Assembly (NCBI GenBank): GCA_964389015.1
Contig: CAYMCR010000008.1
Span: forward strand, 312-64,311
DNA length: 64,000 nt
From: an uncultured Fibrobacteraceae bacterium
GTDB taxonomy: Bacteria; Krumholzibacteriota; Krumholzibacteriia; LZORAL124-64-63
Direction of reading: 5' to 3'
The position numbers and the translations under genes are program-made. Below, piece by piece: positions 9,108 through 19,030 of the stretch; the first letter of the stretch is position 1; each line of letters starts with the position of its first letter. The notes under the pieces were generated by a model. That model saw only the letters and a program-made list of their open reading frames with translations. It had not been told where the DNA came from and did not search any database.

Positions 9108-10481
9108 ATGGCTCGTTCGAGAATTTCTATAACCTGTCTACTCACTCTGTTTGCGATTTGCGGCACGGCCACGGCCGGAACCCTGCAATCCCTCTCGCAC
9201 GATCCCGTCGATTTCATCTACAACGAGGATCGCGTCGACTGTTACTGGTCGTTCAGCGCCGGCACGGACTCCGTACAGGTCGATTTCCACGACGGCACCG
9301 TCGTCACCGTCATGCCCGACCAGACACCGTTCCGGCACATCTACGCCGACGCCGGACGTTACGACCTCACCTTCACAATCTGGGAGGACGGTGACTCCGA
9401 ACTGCACGAAGAGAGCAACTTCGTGTTCGTCCGTCAACGTCCCCTCCCCGACGGCAAATTCATGTTCGTGCACCATTCCACCGGGCGGAACATGATCACC
9501 GACGCCGGCGTGCGCAGCTTGCTGGACCTGCACAACGAACAGTTCGAAACGTCCATCGAGTTCTGGGATCACGACTACCACAGCGGCAACTCGGTTACCG
9601 GCATCATCGTGCCGGACAGCACCGTATACCACGACTGGTCCTATGGCGTGGAGGCCAACGACATCCAGCCCGGGGGATATTACACGATCTTTTGCGGGAG
9701 CAGCGCCTTCCGTGACTCGCTGTTCAGCCGCCACGACGTGATCGTCCTGAAGAACGACCACAAGACCGGCGACATCATCCACGACGGCCAGCTGGCCGCC
9801 TACAAGTACTGGTATATGCTGATCCGCGACGAGATAGACCAGTACCCGGATAAGCGCTTCGTCCTGGTCTCCGGACCGCCCCGTCGTCCCGAAGACATCA
9901 CCAACGGCGAAGCAGACCGGGCTCGCGAGTTCTACGACTGGCTGCAGAGTCCCGAGTTCATGAACGGACATGCGAACATCTCGTTCTTCGATCTGTTCGA
10001 CTACCTGGCCTACCCCGACGATCCGAGCGACCCGCAACGCAACATGCTGCGTTCGCAGTATCGCCGCCCCTACGGCATGACCGACAGCCACCCCAACGAA
10101 TACGCCAACAACGTGATCGGCCCCGTCTTCGCCGGCATGTTGATCCGTGTCGTCGATCCCTCCTGGGTCAGCATAGTGTCGGACGTCCAACTGCCCACCG
10201 CGACGCCGCGGCTCCATCCGAACCACCCCAATCCATTCAACCCCAGCACCTCGATCGCCTATGACCTGGAACGACCGGGCCTGACCGATCTGAGCATTTT
10301 CGACTTGTCGGGACGTCTGATCCGCAGCATCCTGACACCGACGATGCAGCAACCGGGCAGTTACACCCTGCGCTGGGACGGCACGGACGCTACGGGCCGT
10401 ACCCTGCCGTCCGGCGTGTACCTGTACCGCCTCTCCAGCGGGCGCACCGCGGTGAGCCGCCGCATGGTCCTGATCCGCTGA
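9108..10481 (+). CDS. secreted protein with T9SS/Por-type C-terminal sorting domain (FlgD-Ig-like); N-terminal catalytic domain unknown (HHS-G motif family)
   Basis: Signal peptide MARSRISITCLLTLFAICGTATA. The C-terminus NPFNPSTSIAYDL ... WDGTDATGRTLPSGVYLYRL ... MVLIR matches Por_Secre_tail architecture. Paralogous to the 20447..21388 product. Confidence 0.7.
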   Translation: MARSRISITCLLTLFAICGTATAGTLQSLSHDPVDFIYNEDRVDCYWSFSAGTDSVQVDFHDGTVVTVMPDQTPFRHIYADAGRYDLTFTIWEDGDSELHEESNFVFVRQRPLPDGKFMFVHHSTGRNMITDAGVRSLLDLHNEQFETSIEFWDHDYHSGNSVTGIIVPDSTVYHDWSYGVEANDIQPGGYYTIFCGSSAFRDSLFSRHDVIVLKNDHKTGDIIHDGQLAAYKYWYMLIRDEIDQYPDKRFVLVSGPPRRPEDITNGEADRAREFYDWLQSPEFMNGHANISFFDLFDYLAYPDDPSDPQRNMLRSQYRRPYGMTDSHPNEYANNVIGPVFAGMLIRVVDPSWVSIVSDVQLPTATPRLHPNHPNPFNPSTSIAYDLERPGLTDLSIFDLSGRLIRSILTPTMQQPGSYTLRWDGTDATGRTLPSGVYLYRLSSGRTAVSRRMVLIR

Positions 10482-10515
10482 CGGAACGACTGGACGCAAC
10501 GCAAGGACGCGAACC

Positions 10516-11079
10516 ATGCTCCAAACCCTCAAGGAATGGTATTGGTCCATGAAGGACCCGACGGGGCGCATGTACCTGCGCTATAGCGTGGTGCGCAACT
10601 GTCCGGGATCGTACGGTTTCAGGCTGCGCGCCAATGCCCTGCGGGAGCACTTCAAGACATGCGGCGAGACACTGCGTATCCACGAAGGCGCGCGCTTCCG
10701 CAACGTGCACCGGATCGCCCTGGGCGAACACGTCACCGTGGGCGTCGACAACTTCATACAGGCCGCGGGCGGCGTGACCATCGGCGACTACACGCTGCTC
10801 GGACCGGGCGTGAAGATCTGGAGCACCAACCACGTCTTCGCAGATCCGGACCGGCTTATCCGCGAACAAGGCGCGGAGTACAAGGAAGTCGTGATCGGCC
10901 GGGACGTGTGGATCGGATCGAATACCTTCATCATGCCCGGCACCCAGCTCGGCGACGGCTGCATCGTATCGGCCGGCTCGGTGGTCGGCGCCAAGAAGTA
11001 TCCCCCCTACAACATCCTGATGGGCAATCCCGCCCGGGTGATCGGCAACCGGAAGAAGCGTGCCGATGACGGGGATTGA
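10516..11079 (+). CDS. hexapeptide-repeat (left-handed beta-helix) O-acetyltransferase, WcaF/maltose-acetyltransferase-like
   Basis: 187 aa. Repeated [LIV]G-x4 hexapeptides (VGVDNFIQAAGGVTIGDYTLLGPGVKIW ... IGSNTFIMPGTQLGDGCIVSAGSVVG). Confidence 0.85.
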   Translation: MLQTLKEWYWSMKDPTGRMYLRYSVVRNCPGSYGFRLRANALREHFKTCGETLRIHEGARFRNVHRIALGEHVTVGVDNFIQAAGGVTIGDYTLLGPGVKIWSTNHVFADPDRLIREQGAEYKEVVIGRDVWIGSNTFIMPGTQLGDGCIVSAGSVVGAKKYPPYNILMGNPARVIGNRKKRADDGD

Positions 11080-12829
11080 AAATCTCGACAGCCTGCTCGA
11101 TGAGACCGCGAACGCCTCCCTGCCGGAGTTGCTCGATCGCCTCGCTGCCGCCTTGCCGGCCGAGCCCGACAAGCGCGCCCGCATCGCCGAACTGGTGGAC
11201 GAGTCCCGGACGGCCTGGCAATGGCTGCTGGGTGGCCGTCGTCGCGGCCACATCCTGCACATCTCGGGCGGTTGGAACGCGAGCGCCGTGGCCCTGGCGC
11301 GGGTCTGGGAGAAGGTCACCGTGCTCGAGAGTTCGGCGGCGGCCTTGCGCGTGCTCGAAAGGAGGATCGCCGACGGGGATCTCCACAACCTGGAACTGAT
11401 CCCCGGCGACGGCAACGGGCACCTGCCCTGCGCAGACGCAGTTTTCGACGCCGTCTGCTGGACGGCGGCTCCCGGCACACGCGTCCCCTGTGCCACGCCG
11501 GACATGGCCTACGATCTCGAGCCTCTGCTGCGTGAGGCGACGCGCGTGCTGAAACCGGACGGGGAGTTGTTCCTGGGATTGCCGAATCGATGGCGCCGCA
11601 GCCATCTCCTGCAGAAGGGCGATCCACCGCTCTACACCCTGCGCAACGTCATGCGGACCCTGCACAAGGCGGGCTACAAGCTCCACTCGCTGCACGCCCA
11701 CGAGAACGAGTACGAACAGGAACGCATCTTCGTGGATCTGGCCGACAAGTCGGCCATCCGCGCCTTCCAGAAACAGCATCCGGGCCGTGGCCGGCTCCTG
11801 CCCCTCTGGTTCTACCGCCGCATGGCGCCCCAGTACGCCATCGTCGCCGGACCGGGCCGGGCCAGAACATCCTGGCTGACCGGCGCCCTGAACTCCGTTC
11901 GCCGGCAACTGGGAGCCCTCGACGACGACTGGACCGTTTCACCGCCCGCGGTGAACCGCAAGGGCAAGCTGGTGTCCGTGCTGTCGCGCAGGAAAAGACC
12001 CGCGTGGATCGTGAAGATCCCCCTGCGTCCGATAACGAGAGCCGGCGTGGAAAACGCCCATCGCATATTGGCGGGATTGTCGGCCCACCTGGCCGACGAT
12101 GACATCCTCGCGGGCCTGCTGCCCAACAACCTCCGCCGTCTCGAATTCGAGGGCATGCCCATCTATGTGGAATCGGCTTGCCCCGGCAAGCCCTGGGCCG
12201 ATTTCCGGAAACGGCCGCCACACGTGCTGGACACCAATCTTCCGGATGTTCTCACACGCCTGCTGCAACTGGACGCGGCCGACCTTGGCCTCACCGAGGC
12301 ATCAGACGCCCTGACCCCCAAGGTGGATCACCTCAAGAGATTGCTGGCGCGGCACGCGCCCGACCTGGTCCCGGTGATGGCCGCCGTCGGCGAGAAACTG
12401 GATGCCGCCGGGACCGGCCGCCCCTTGAAGCTGCGCAAGGGCGACATGACCCTGAGCAACGTCTTCCTGGTCGGCGGGCACGTTTCGGGTCTCATCGACT
12501 GGGACGAGACCGAGACCAGTCGGCTGCCCCTGGCCACCTACGCCGACCTGCTCTTCTCGTGGCTTTGGCAGCGTGAGGGGATGCGCAGGGCCGACGGGCT
12601 GGCGATGCTGGCCGGCGGCGCGTTCGACGACATGCCCAGGGCGCTGGCCGTGCGCGAGACTCTCTCCCGGCTGGATTGCGACGCGGACGATCTCGCCGCC
12701 GGCGCCGTCGCGTCCTGGTTGGACCACGCCTATCACGAACTCATGCATCCCGTGTTCAGGTATCAGCCCGACCGCCTCCGGGGCTTGCTGGTGGAACCCT
12801 GCCGGGCGCTGGCCCGTCTGTGGGGGTAA
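11060..12829 (+). CDS. bifunctional methyltransferase / protein-kinase-like (APH-fold) phosphotransferase, WbdD-like
   Basis: 589 aa. The N-terminal half has a class I SAM-MTase-like core (ILHISGGWNA ... VLKPDGELFLGLPNRW). The C-terminal half has kinase-fold motifs: WIVKIPL (beta3 Lys), LRKGDMTLSNVFL (catalytic loop, H.D...N) and IDWDE (DFG-equivalent). Confidence 0.6.
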   Translation: MPMTGIENLDSLLDETANASLPELLDRLAAALPAEPDKRARIAELVDESRTAWQWLLGGRRRGHILHISGGWNASAVALARVWEKVTVLESSAAALRVLERRIADGDLHNLELIPGDGNGHLPCADAVFDAVCWTAAPGTRVPCATPDMAYDLEPLLREATRVLKPDGELFLGLPNRWRRSHLLQKGDPPLYTLRNVMRTLHKAGYKLHSLHAHENEYEQERIFVDLADKSAIRAFQKQHPGRGRLLPLWFYRRMAPQYAIVAGPGRARTSWLTGALNSVRRQLGALDDDWTVSPPAVNRKGKLVSVLSRRKRPAWIVKIPLRPITRAGVENAHRILAGLSAHLADDDILAGLLPNNLRRLEFEGMPIYVESACPGKPWADFRKRPPHVLDTNLPDVLTRLLQLDAADLGLTEASDALTPKVDHLKRLLARHAPDLVPVMAAVGEKLDAAGTGRPLKLRKGDMTLSNVFLVGGHVSGLIDWDETETSRLPLATYADLLFSWLWQREGMRRADGLAMLAGGAFDDMPRALAVRETLSRLDCDADDLAAGAVASWLDHAYHELMHPVFRYQPDRLRGLLVEPCRALARLWG

Positions 12830-12872
12830 CCGGTTGTTATAGTTGAGCTTGGGACAGCGGGGCGTCTGACAG

Positions 12873-14078
12873 TCATGCTCCCGGCGTTGCAGATCCAGCG
12901 CCGGGGACATTGTCAGCGACAGAACTCTCGAGATAGACGGCTTCGTAGCAGCCGGTCATTCCTTCAAGCGTGTACCTGCGCCTCTGTTCACGAGCAGCCG
13001 AGGCACCGAGCCGTACGGCGAGATCCCGGTCAAGCATCAGTCGACGGCAGGCCGTGGCAATGGCTCCCGCATCTCGGCAGGGAAAGAGAAGTCCGGTCTC
13101 ACCATCGACCAGGACTTCGTCCAGGCCGCCCACCTGCGATGCCAGCACGGGCAATCCCAGCGACATGGCTTCGAGCAGCGTGTAGGGAAGACCTTCATGA
13201 AGCGAGGGCATGAGCAGGGCGTCCAAGTGAGCCATGATCTCGTACACATCCCGGCGGAAACCGAGGAAAACCACCCTGTCTGAAACGCCGAACTCCCGCG
13301 CACACCTGCGGAGATGTTCCTCCTGTGGGCCCGAGCCGACGACGACGCAACGCGCGGCCGGGGGCATATCCGGCGAAGCCAGCGCCCTGAGAGCGTATTC
13401 GATCCCTTTCACTTCCGATACACGCCCCACGATGCCGAAGTTGAAGCCGCCGGCCGGCACGCCATCGGGTCTGACCGCCCCGGTCCGTTCGAGCGGTGCG
13501 ATGCCGTTGGGAACAGTATGCCGGACGAGTCCTGCGTGAGCGTGATCGAAACGGGACCGGATATCATCGGTGACATAACAGACCGTGGCCTGAAGACGTC
13601 GCGTCGCCCAGCGATCGAGGAGATGGTTCCACTTCGCCTTTACGGTGTCAAAGGGCCGGTTCCGCATCGGCTCCGGCAATCCGTGTTCGGTTTTCACGAC
13701 CGGCGGCAGCTGATAACCCCGGATCGCCGCGACCGCCAGCGTCACCATGGCACGGTAGCCATGTGCGTGTACAACCATGGCATTTCGGTTCTCGAAGTAT
13801 CGCGCTAGATGTGTGGCGGCGGCAGGGTCGTAGCGGTGGCGTGCCTCGATGATGTGGACGTCGCCCCCCGCGGAACCGATCCGCCTCGCCAGCTCGCCCT
13901 CGTGAAACAGCAATACCGCCGGTTCGCGTCCGATACGCTCGCTCAATTTCCCGTGAAGATCCACAACTTGGCGTTCGACCCCTCCGTACAGCTCGCCTGG
14001 GGCGAGGATGACGGGTCCGGACGCAGCCACGTCCACATCGCCGAACGGTTTCGAGTTAGCCTTCACCTTATCCTCCAT
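12873..14078 (-). CDS. family 4 glycosyltransferase
   Basis: 401 aa. C-terminal LHEGLPYTLLEAMSLGLPVLASQVGGLDEVL (EX7E). Confidence 0.88.
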   Translation of the reverse strand: MEDKVKANSKPFGDVDVAASGPVILAPGELYGGVERQVVDLHGKLSERIGREPAVLLFHEGELARRIGSAGGDVHIIEARHRYDPAAATHLARYFENRNAMVVHAHGYRAMVTLAVAAIRGYQLPPVVKTEHGLPEPMRNRPFDTVKAKWNHLLDRWATRRLQATVCYVTDDIRSRFDHAHAGLVRHTVPNGIAPLERTGAVRPDGVPAGGFNFGIVGRVSEVKGIEYALRALASPDMPPAARCVVVGSGPQEEHLRRCAREFGVSDRVVFLGFRRDVYEIMAHLDALLMPSLHEGLPYTLLEAMSLGLPVLASQVGGLDEVLVDGETGLLFPCRDAGAIATACRRLMLDRDLAVRLGASAAREQRRRYTLEGMTGCYEAVYLESSVADNVPGAGSATPGA

Positions 14079-14130
14079 GTATCATGACGCACACTGATAT
14101 GGACAACCATTTCCTGGAGGAGCGATCTCC

Positions 14131-15474
14131 GTGGTGAATCTCCGTCATCTCCTGTGGGGCAGGCTGATAATGCCTCTCGGTGGGCTTGCGACACGCCAAC
14201 CTGTGGCCAAGTACCTCGCATACTATCAGGAAAGTCAATACTGGCCTCGGGAAATAATCGCAGCCGAACGTGATCGCGCACTCCACGAGACGATCAAGGT
14301 CGCCTATCAAGAGGTTCCCTTCTATCGCGACCTCTATCGCGAACATGGCGTACATCCCCGTGACATCCTGTGTGCCGACGATATGCACAAGCTGCCCGTC
14401 GTGACGAAGCAGATGTTGTCGGCCGCTTATCCCGACCGCTGTCTCCGTCACACGGGTTTCCCCACCGAGGAGCAAGCTACGAGCGGATCGACGGGACAGC
14501 CCTTCCGCAGCATGATCGACACGGATTCGCAGGCACGAGCGCGTGCCTTGATGTTCCTCAGGGCGATGATGAGCGGCTACAAGCCCGGCGACGCCATGGT
14601 GCAGACAGGCATATCCGGAAACCGGCATGGGCTCAAGGGCTGGAAAGACCGACTACTGGCCATCACATATGTGCCGACGGTGGATCTGAGCGACTCTGCC
14701 CTGGACAAGGCCCTGCATTCGATGGTCAGTCGGCGAGCACGTTATCTCATGGGCACCGCACAGAGCATGCACCTCTTGGCGATGAGGGCGATCGAGGTCG
14801 GGACCCGCCATCGGCTCGCCGGTGCGGTCTCGTGGGGAAGTCATCTGCTGCCTCAACACCGGTACGCGATCCAGGAGGCGTTCGGCTGTCGCACGATCGA
14901 CACGTACGGCGTTTCGGAGGGTATGCAGGTTGCGTCGCAATGCGGCGAAGACCATGGAGAATATCACCTGTTCGCCCTCCACGTGTTCACCGAGTTCTGC
15001 CACGACGGACACCCCGTCCCCACAGGTGAAACGGGCGAGGTGCTGCTGACCCGACTCAACCCCGGAGTTATGCCGTTCATTCGCTACCAGGTAGGTGACC
15101 TCGGCCGAGCTTCGACCCGCAAGACCTGTCCCTGTGAACGGACATTGCCGATGATGGCGAGCCTCGTCGGTCGAACGGCCGATATCATCCTCACGCCCCG
15201 GGGCAACAGGCTCACGGTGCACTTCTTCAGCCATCTCTTCGGACAGATGTCTGAAATACGGAGCTTCCAGGTCCATCAGACGACAAGCGACCACCTGCAC
15301 CTCCTGATTGCCACAGACGGCCCGGCCGATGCTCGCGCCTCCGACACCATTCGTGATCTTATTAAAAACGAGGGAGATCCGGACTTGCAAATCACAATAG
15401 AGTGGGTGGACGAAATTCAACTGGAAATGACGGGCAAGCAGAAATACATTGTATCAACAGTGGAACTTCAATGA
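14131..15474 (+). CDS. PaaK/CapK-like adenylate-forming enzyme (second copy)
   Basis: 447 aa. TSGSTGQPF motif. Same family architecture as 4331..5704, but the two sequences are clearly diverged, so this is not a recent duplicate. GTG start preceded by GGAGG. Confidence 0.75.
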   Translation: MVNLRHLLWGRLIMPLGGLATRQPVAKYLAYYQESQYWPREIIAAERDRALHETIKVAYQEVPFYRDLYREHGVHPRDILCADDMHKLPVVTKQMLSAAYPDRCLRHTGFPTEEQATSGSTGQPFRSMIDTDSQARARALMFLRAMMSGYKPGDAMVQTGISGNRHGLKGWKDRLLAITYVPTVDLSDSALDKALHSMVSRRARYLMGTAQSMHLLAMRAIEVGTRHRLAGAVSWGSHLLPQHRYAIQEAFGCRTIDTYGVSEGMQVASQCGEDHGEYHLFALHVFTEFCHDGHPVPTGETGEVLLTRLNPGVMPFIRYQVGDLGRASTRKTCPCERTLPMMASLVGRTADIILTPRGNRLTVHFFSHLFGQMSEIRSFQVHQTTSDHLHLLIATDGPADARASDTIRDLIKNEGDPDLQITIEWVDEIQLEMTGKQKYIVSTVELQ

Positions 15475-15588
15475 TCATGATGCATTCCACGGGAATTGCC
15501 ATACGCAGAAACATGGTCTCGATCTTGCTAGAGGAGTTTGGAGCTGCTACGTGAGAGCTGGCTCCGGGGCTCGCAGGAGGTCTGCATT

Positions 15589-16701
15589 TTGAGGGTCAGA
15601 GGATGGATCGGCTTCACCGTGGTCTTGATCACAGCTACGACTGTTATAGCACAGCCGATCGTTCAATCCGTGACAGGTGATTTCACGGATGGCACCACCA
15701 TCGCGATCGAAGGCATGGGGTTCGGCACGAAACCGACCCAGCAACCCTATCTATGGGACACACTGTCCAATCAGTCCGGATACGTGGATCGTGAGCTCCA
15801 GCACGGCGACATCATCCCCTCCACCCAGGGCGATTGGGGACTTTCGCCTTGCCCGGACTGCCCTTGGGATGTGAATCAACCCAACTGGACCTCCCCGATG
15901 AGGTACTGGGACCAGAATCACCGTGTCCCGGGTCGGCCGTTCTACCGGGTCGAGCGGAAGGGCTATTTCCGCATGTCCGACTGGGGCGACACCTTACCGG
16001 ACCGGGTCTACTTGAATTGGTGGTTCCGCACTTCGGCTCCCGATCTCACCGTCGGTTCCAACAAGTTCGTGCGGCTCTGGGCGGATACAGAAAGACCCGA
16101 GGGCTCGGTCTCGTGGACGGGGATGCACCTCACCTACACCGCGGACGCGAACCACGACGGCGTCAACGACGGCGGTGAAGGTCACGTGACCACCTGGGGG
16201 AACTGGGGCGGTTCCTCTGGCAGCTGGCACAACCTCGAAATGGTCTACGATGGGCAAGGCGATATCCAGCACGGCTACGGCACGTTGCGCATCTACCGCG
16301 ACGGCCGCCTGGTCCATGCCGTGAACGACGCCTTCGGCGAGCTCCCCTGGAACCGTCTCTACGTGTTCGGGTTCGATGCCTCGGTCGGTGAGCCCTTCGC
16401 GGGGGAGACCTTCGATTTCTCCGACATCTATATCGATACGAGCCTGGCTCGCGTCGTCGTGGGCAATGCCGCGCAGTACGCGAACGTGACACACCAGGAA
16501 GTGCAGATCCCCCAGAGCTGGAATACGGACTCCATCAACGTGACTGTCAACTCGGGTTCCTTCGCACCCAGCGAGGATTTATGGTTGTTCGTCTTCGATG
16601 TGGATGGTGAAGTGAACCCCGTAGGCCACTCCGTCACCACGCCCGATATCCCCGATGACGGCCCGCCCGGCATGCCGGGTCAACCGGTCCGGAATATATA
16701 G
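15589..16701 (+). CDS. secreted protein, possible polysaccharide-acting enzyme (concanavalin-like/lyase-like fold guessed); likely TTG start
   Basis: The in-frame TTG at 15589 is preceded by GGAGG with an 8-nt spacer and yields the signal peptide MRVRGWIGFTVVLITATTVIAQP. The long ORF from 15538 lacks an RBS. No T9SS tail. No close family recognised by eye. Confidence 0.5.
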   Translation: MRVRGWIGFTVVLITATTVIAQPIVQSVTGDFTDGTTIAIEGMGFGTKPTQQPYLWDTLSNQSGYVDRELQHGDIIPSTQGDWGLSPCPDCPWDVNQPNWTSPMRYWDQNHRVPGRPFYRVERKGYFRMSDWGDTLPDRVYLNWWFRTSAPDLTVGSNKFVRLWADTERPEGSVSWTGMHLTYTADANHDGVNDGGEGHVTTWGNWGGSSGSWHNLEMVYDGQGDIQHGYGTLRIYRDGRLVHAVNDAFGELPWNRLYVFGFDASVGEPFAGETFDFSDIYIDTSLARVVVGNAAQYANVTHQEVQIPQSWNTDSINVTVNSGSFAPSEDLWLFVFDVDGEVNPVGHSVTTPDIPDDGPPGMPGQPVRNI

Positions 16702-16708
16702 AGTCGGA

Positions 16709-17692
16709 TCAGAGAGCCGCGACTCTGTCGATGAGCTCCTCAAACCTGGGCTTCCACTCGCTTAGCAAGCGCTCTCGCAGTTCCTCGACTGCCTGGGCTC
16801 TCTGCGTGCGTTCCTCGAGAGCCTGGCACAAGGTGGCGGCAATCGTTTCCGGATCGAGAGAAGTGAACAGCACACCGCTGTTGAAGTACTCGCGCAGGGC
16901 ATGCGTATCGGCTAGGACCAGGGGTTTGCCGAGAGCCACGGCTTCGTAGGCGCTGCACAGCAGCGTGTGGTCCTGACGCGTGAGAGCCAGCACGACATCC
17001 ACTGACTTGAGCAACGACTGGAAGTCCGTCTCGTGCAGGTAGCCTGTGAGTCGCACATTGTCGGGCACACTGGACAACAGGGCCGGACTCAGGCGGGAAT
17101 CGTCGCCGGTGATATGGAGAGTCACCCCGTCCGGCAGGTATTTCGCCGCGTCGAGAACCGCTTCCACCGGTTCATCGGCACTGAATGAATTCACCCAGGC
17201 GATGTTCGAGCGGCCGCTCAGGGAGACGGCATCTCCCGCCGTCAGGGTCGGCATCATATCCTGAAGAACGTACGGTCTGCCACCCCAGCCCTCGACGATC
17301 CCGGCAAGATGCCCGTTCGTCACGATCGTCAGATCCGCCCTGGCCACGGTCATGCGACTCAGGGCGTGAAAGAGCCTGTACTTCAGCGAACGGCTCTCCA
17401 TCGTAGGGAACTTGAAGTTCGAGTGCCGATCGATGACGAGCCTGTAGCCGAACAACGGTTTCAGCCAGCAGACCAGGCCGGCCAGTGCCATCGACGGGTT
17501 CTGAACGACGAGGCGTCGCGGCCGTTTCGAGAGCAGAACGAGCAGAGTCCGCAGCGAAAGCAAGAGAACCTTCAGACTGTAGATCCTCACCGGCCTGAAA
17601 CGGTAGAGAGGGATCTCGAGCGCCTTGGCGAGCGTCTCCGTACGCCTTTGCTGCTCCCAAGTTATCCAAATCGTGTCGGCCAGACAGCTCAT
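16709..17692 (-). CDS. GT4-like glycosyltransferase (GT-B fold, retaining-type C-terminal domain)
   Basis: Start taken at MSCLADTIWITWEQQ. The upstream 55 codons of the ORF (MITIYTCATTV...) have no coding-like character. The C-terminal half matches the GT-B nucleotide-binding domain pattern (VLALTRQDHTLLCSAYEAVALGKPLVLADT). Confidence 0.6.
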   Translation of the reverse strand: MSCLADTIWITWEQQRRTETLAKALEIPLYRFRPVRIYSLKVLLLSLRTLLVLLSKRPRRLVVQNPSMALAGLVCWLKPLFGYRLVIDRHSNFKFPTMESRSLKYRLFHALSRMTVARADLTIVTNGHLAGIVEGWGGRPYVLQDMMPTLTAGDAVSLSGRSNIAWVNSFSADEPVEAVLDAAKYLPDGVTLHITGDDSRLSPALLSSVPDNVRLTGYLHETDFQSLLKSVDVVLALTRQDHTLLCSAYEAVALGKPLVLADTHALREYFNSGVLFTSLDPETIAATLCQALEERTQRAQAVEELRERLLSEWKPRFEELIDRVAAL

Positions 17693-17729
17693 CGTTGACA
17701 CCCGGTCGAGGTAAATGATGGAGACGTGT

Positions 17730-18848
17730 TCAGGACTCGACGGCCAGTGACAGATCCTCCAGCCAATATGCCGTGTCGTCACGATGGCACACCAGCATCC
17801 GGCTCTCCTGGTCAGGATCCGGGGAACGGTGGTAGCGCAGGTATATATGGTGATCATCCACGCCCAGCACCTCGATCTTACCGGTGGCGTGGCTCATGCA
17901 GAAGCGGACCCGTCGCGACAGACCCGAGCAGCGGCGCCGAGCAGCATCGAAAATCTGCCAGCTCTCCACCAGAGGAACCTTGTAGGGCTCGTTGCCGGAA
18001 GTCGGCCGGCCCTGGAACAGGTAGTACTGGGGTGCACCGAGTACGGTCATGGTCTCGAAGAGCTCGGCCAGGACGCCGGCGTCATCGTTCACGCCGCGTA
18101 CCAGAGGACACTGGTTGATCACGTGGGTGCCCGTTTCCCGCAAAGCGCGGATCGCCTCGCGGGCCGGCTCGGTCAGCTCGCGAGGATGGTCGAAATGGGC
18201 CATGAGATAAACGGCGGTACCCCCGGCGACCGTCCGTTTGAATCCCTCCAGCAAACCGGGATCGTCGAAGATGCGATAGGGATTGAAAGCAATGCTCTTG
18301 GTGCCCACACGTATGATACGGACGTTCGCCATCGCTGCGAAACGCTCGATGATCTGCAGCAGACGATCCGTCGAGAGAACCAGCGGGTCGCCGCCGGAGA
18401 GCAGGACATCGGTGATCTTCGGATGAGCCTCGACATACTCGTAGGCCGTGGACAGGTCCCGCGCCGCCTCCTCGTTCTCATCCATGAACAGCCGCTTGCG
18501 GAAGCAAAAGCGGCAGTATGCAGCGCACGTGGACGCCACGAGCACCAGGGCCGTGTCGCCATACTTGTGTTGGACGCCCCGGACCACGGTATTGGCTGCC
18601 TCGTTGCTGGCGTCGAGTCGGCCCCAGTCGTCGAGTTCCGCGGCATCGGGCACGATCAAGCGACGGATGGGGTCGTCGGGATCTTCCCAGTCGATCAGGT
18701 CCAGGTAATAATCGTTGGCGCGAAAAGCATATTTCTCCGCCACCTTTTCGAGCACGGGGGCCAGATCCGGCGGCAGGTCCGGGATCTGGGACGGCGCGCG
18801 CAGGTAGCGAACCCTCGGAGGAGTAGGTATAGGCTCGGGAACAGACAT
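17730..18848 (-). CDS. KamA-family radical SAM aminomutase (lysine 2,3-aminomutase / EpmB-like)
   Basis: 372 aa. CAAYCRFCFRKR (CxxxCxxC radical-SAM cluster in the KamA-type context) and the PLP-region similarity typical of KamA/EpmB. Confidence 0.8.
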   Translation of the reverse strand: MSVPEPIPTPPRVRYLRAPSQIPDLPPDLAPVLEKVAEKYAFRANDYYLDLIDWEDPDDPIRRLIVPDAAELDDWGRLDASNEAANTVVRGVQHKYGDTALVLVASTCAAYCRFCFRKRLFMDENEEAARDLSTAYEYVEAHPKITDVLLSGGDPLVLSTDRLLQIIERFAAMANVRIIRVGTKSIAFNPYRIFDDPGLLEGFKRTVAGGTAVYLMAHFDHPRELTEPAREAIRALRETGTHVINQCPLVRGVNDDAGVLAELFETMTVLGAPQYYLFQGRPTSGNEPYKVPLVESWQIFDAARRRCSGLSRRVRFCMSHATGKIEVLGVDDHHIYLRYHRSPDPDQESRMLVCHRDDTAYWLEDLSLAVES

Positions 18849-19030
18849 CCGATCGGTCCTTCCTTTATCGCGACCTCCCGCGTAATCCTCAAGTAAGTGG
18901 AGTGTTACTATGCCGGAGGGTCCATCGGAGCAAGTCCCTTTACATGCTGGGACTTACTCTGAATTCACGTATGATGGGTCTTAACAGTATGGCACAGATA
19001 TACCTATCCAGCAAGCCCTCCAGCTAACCA

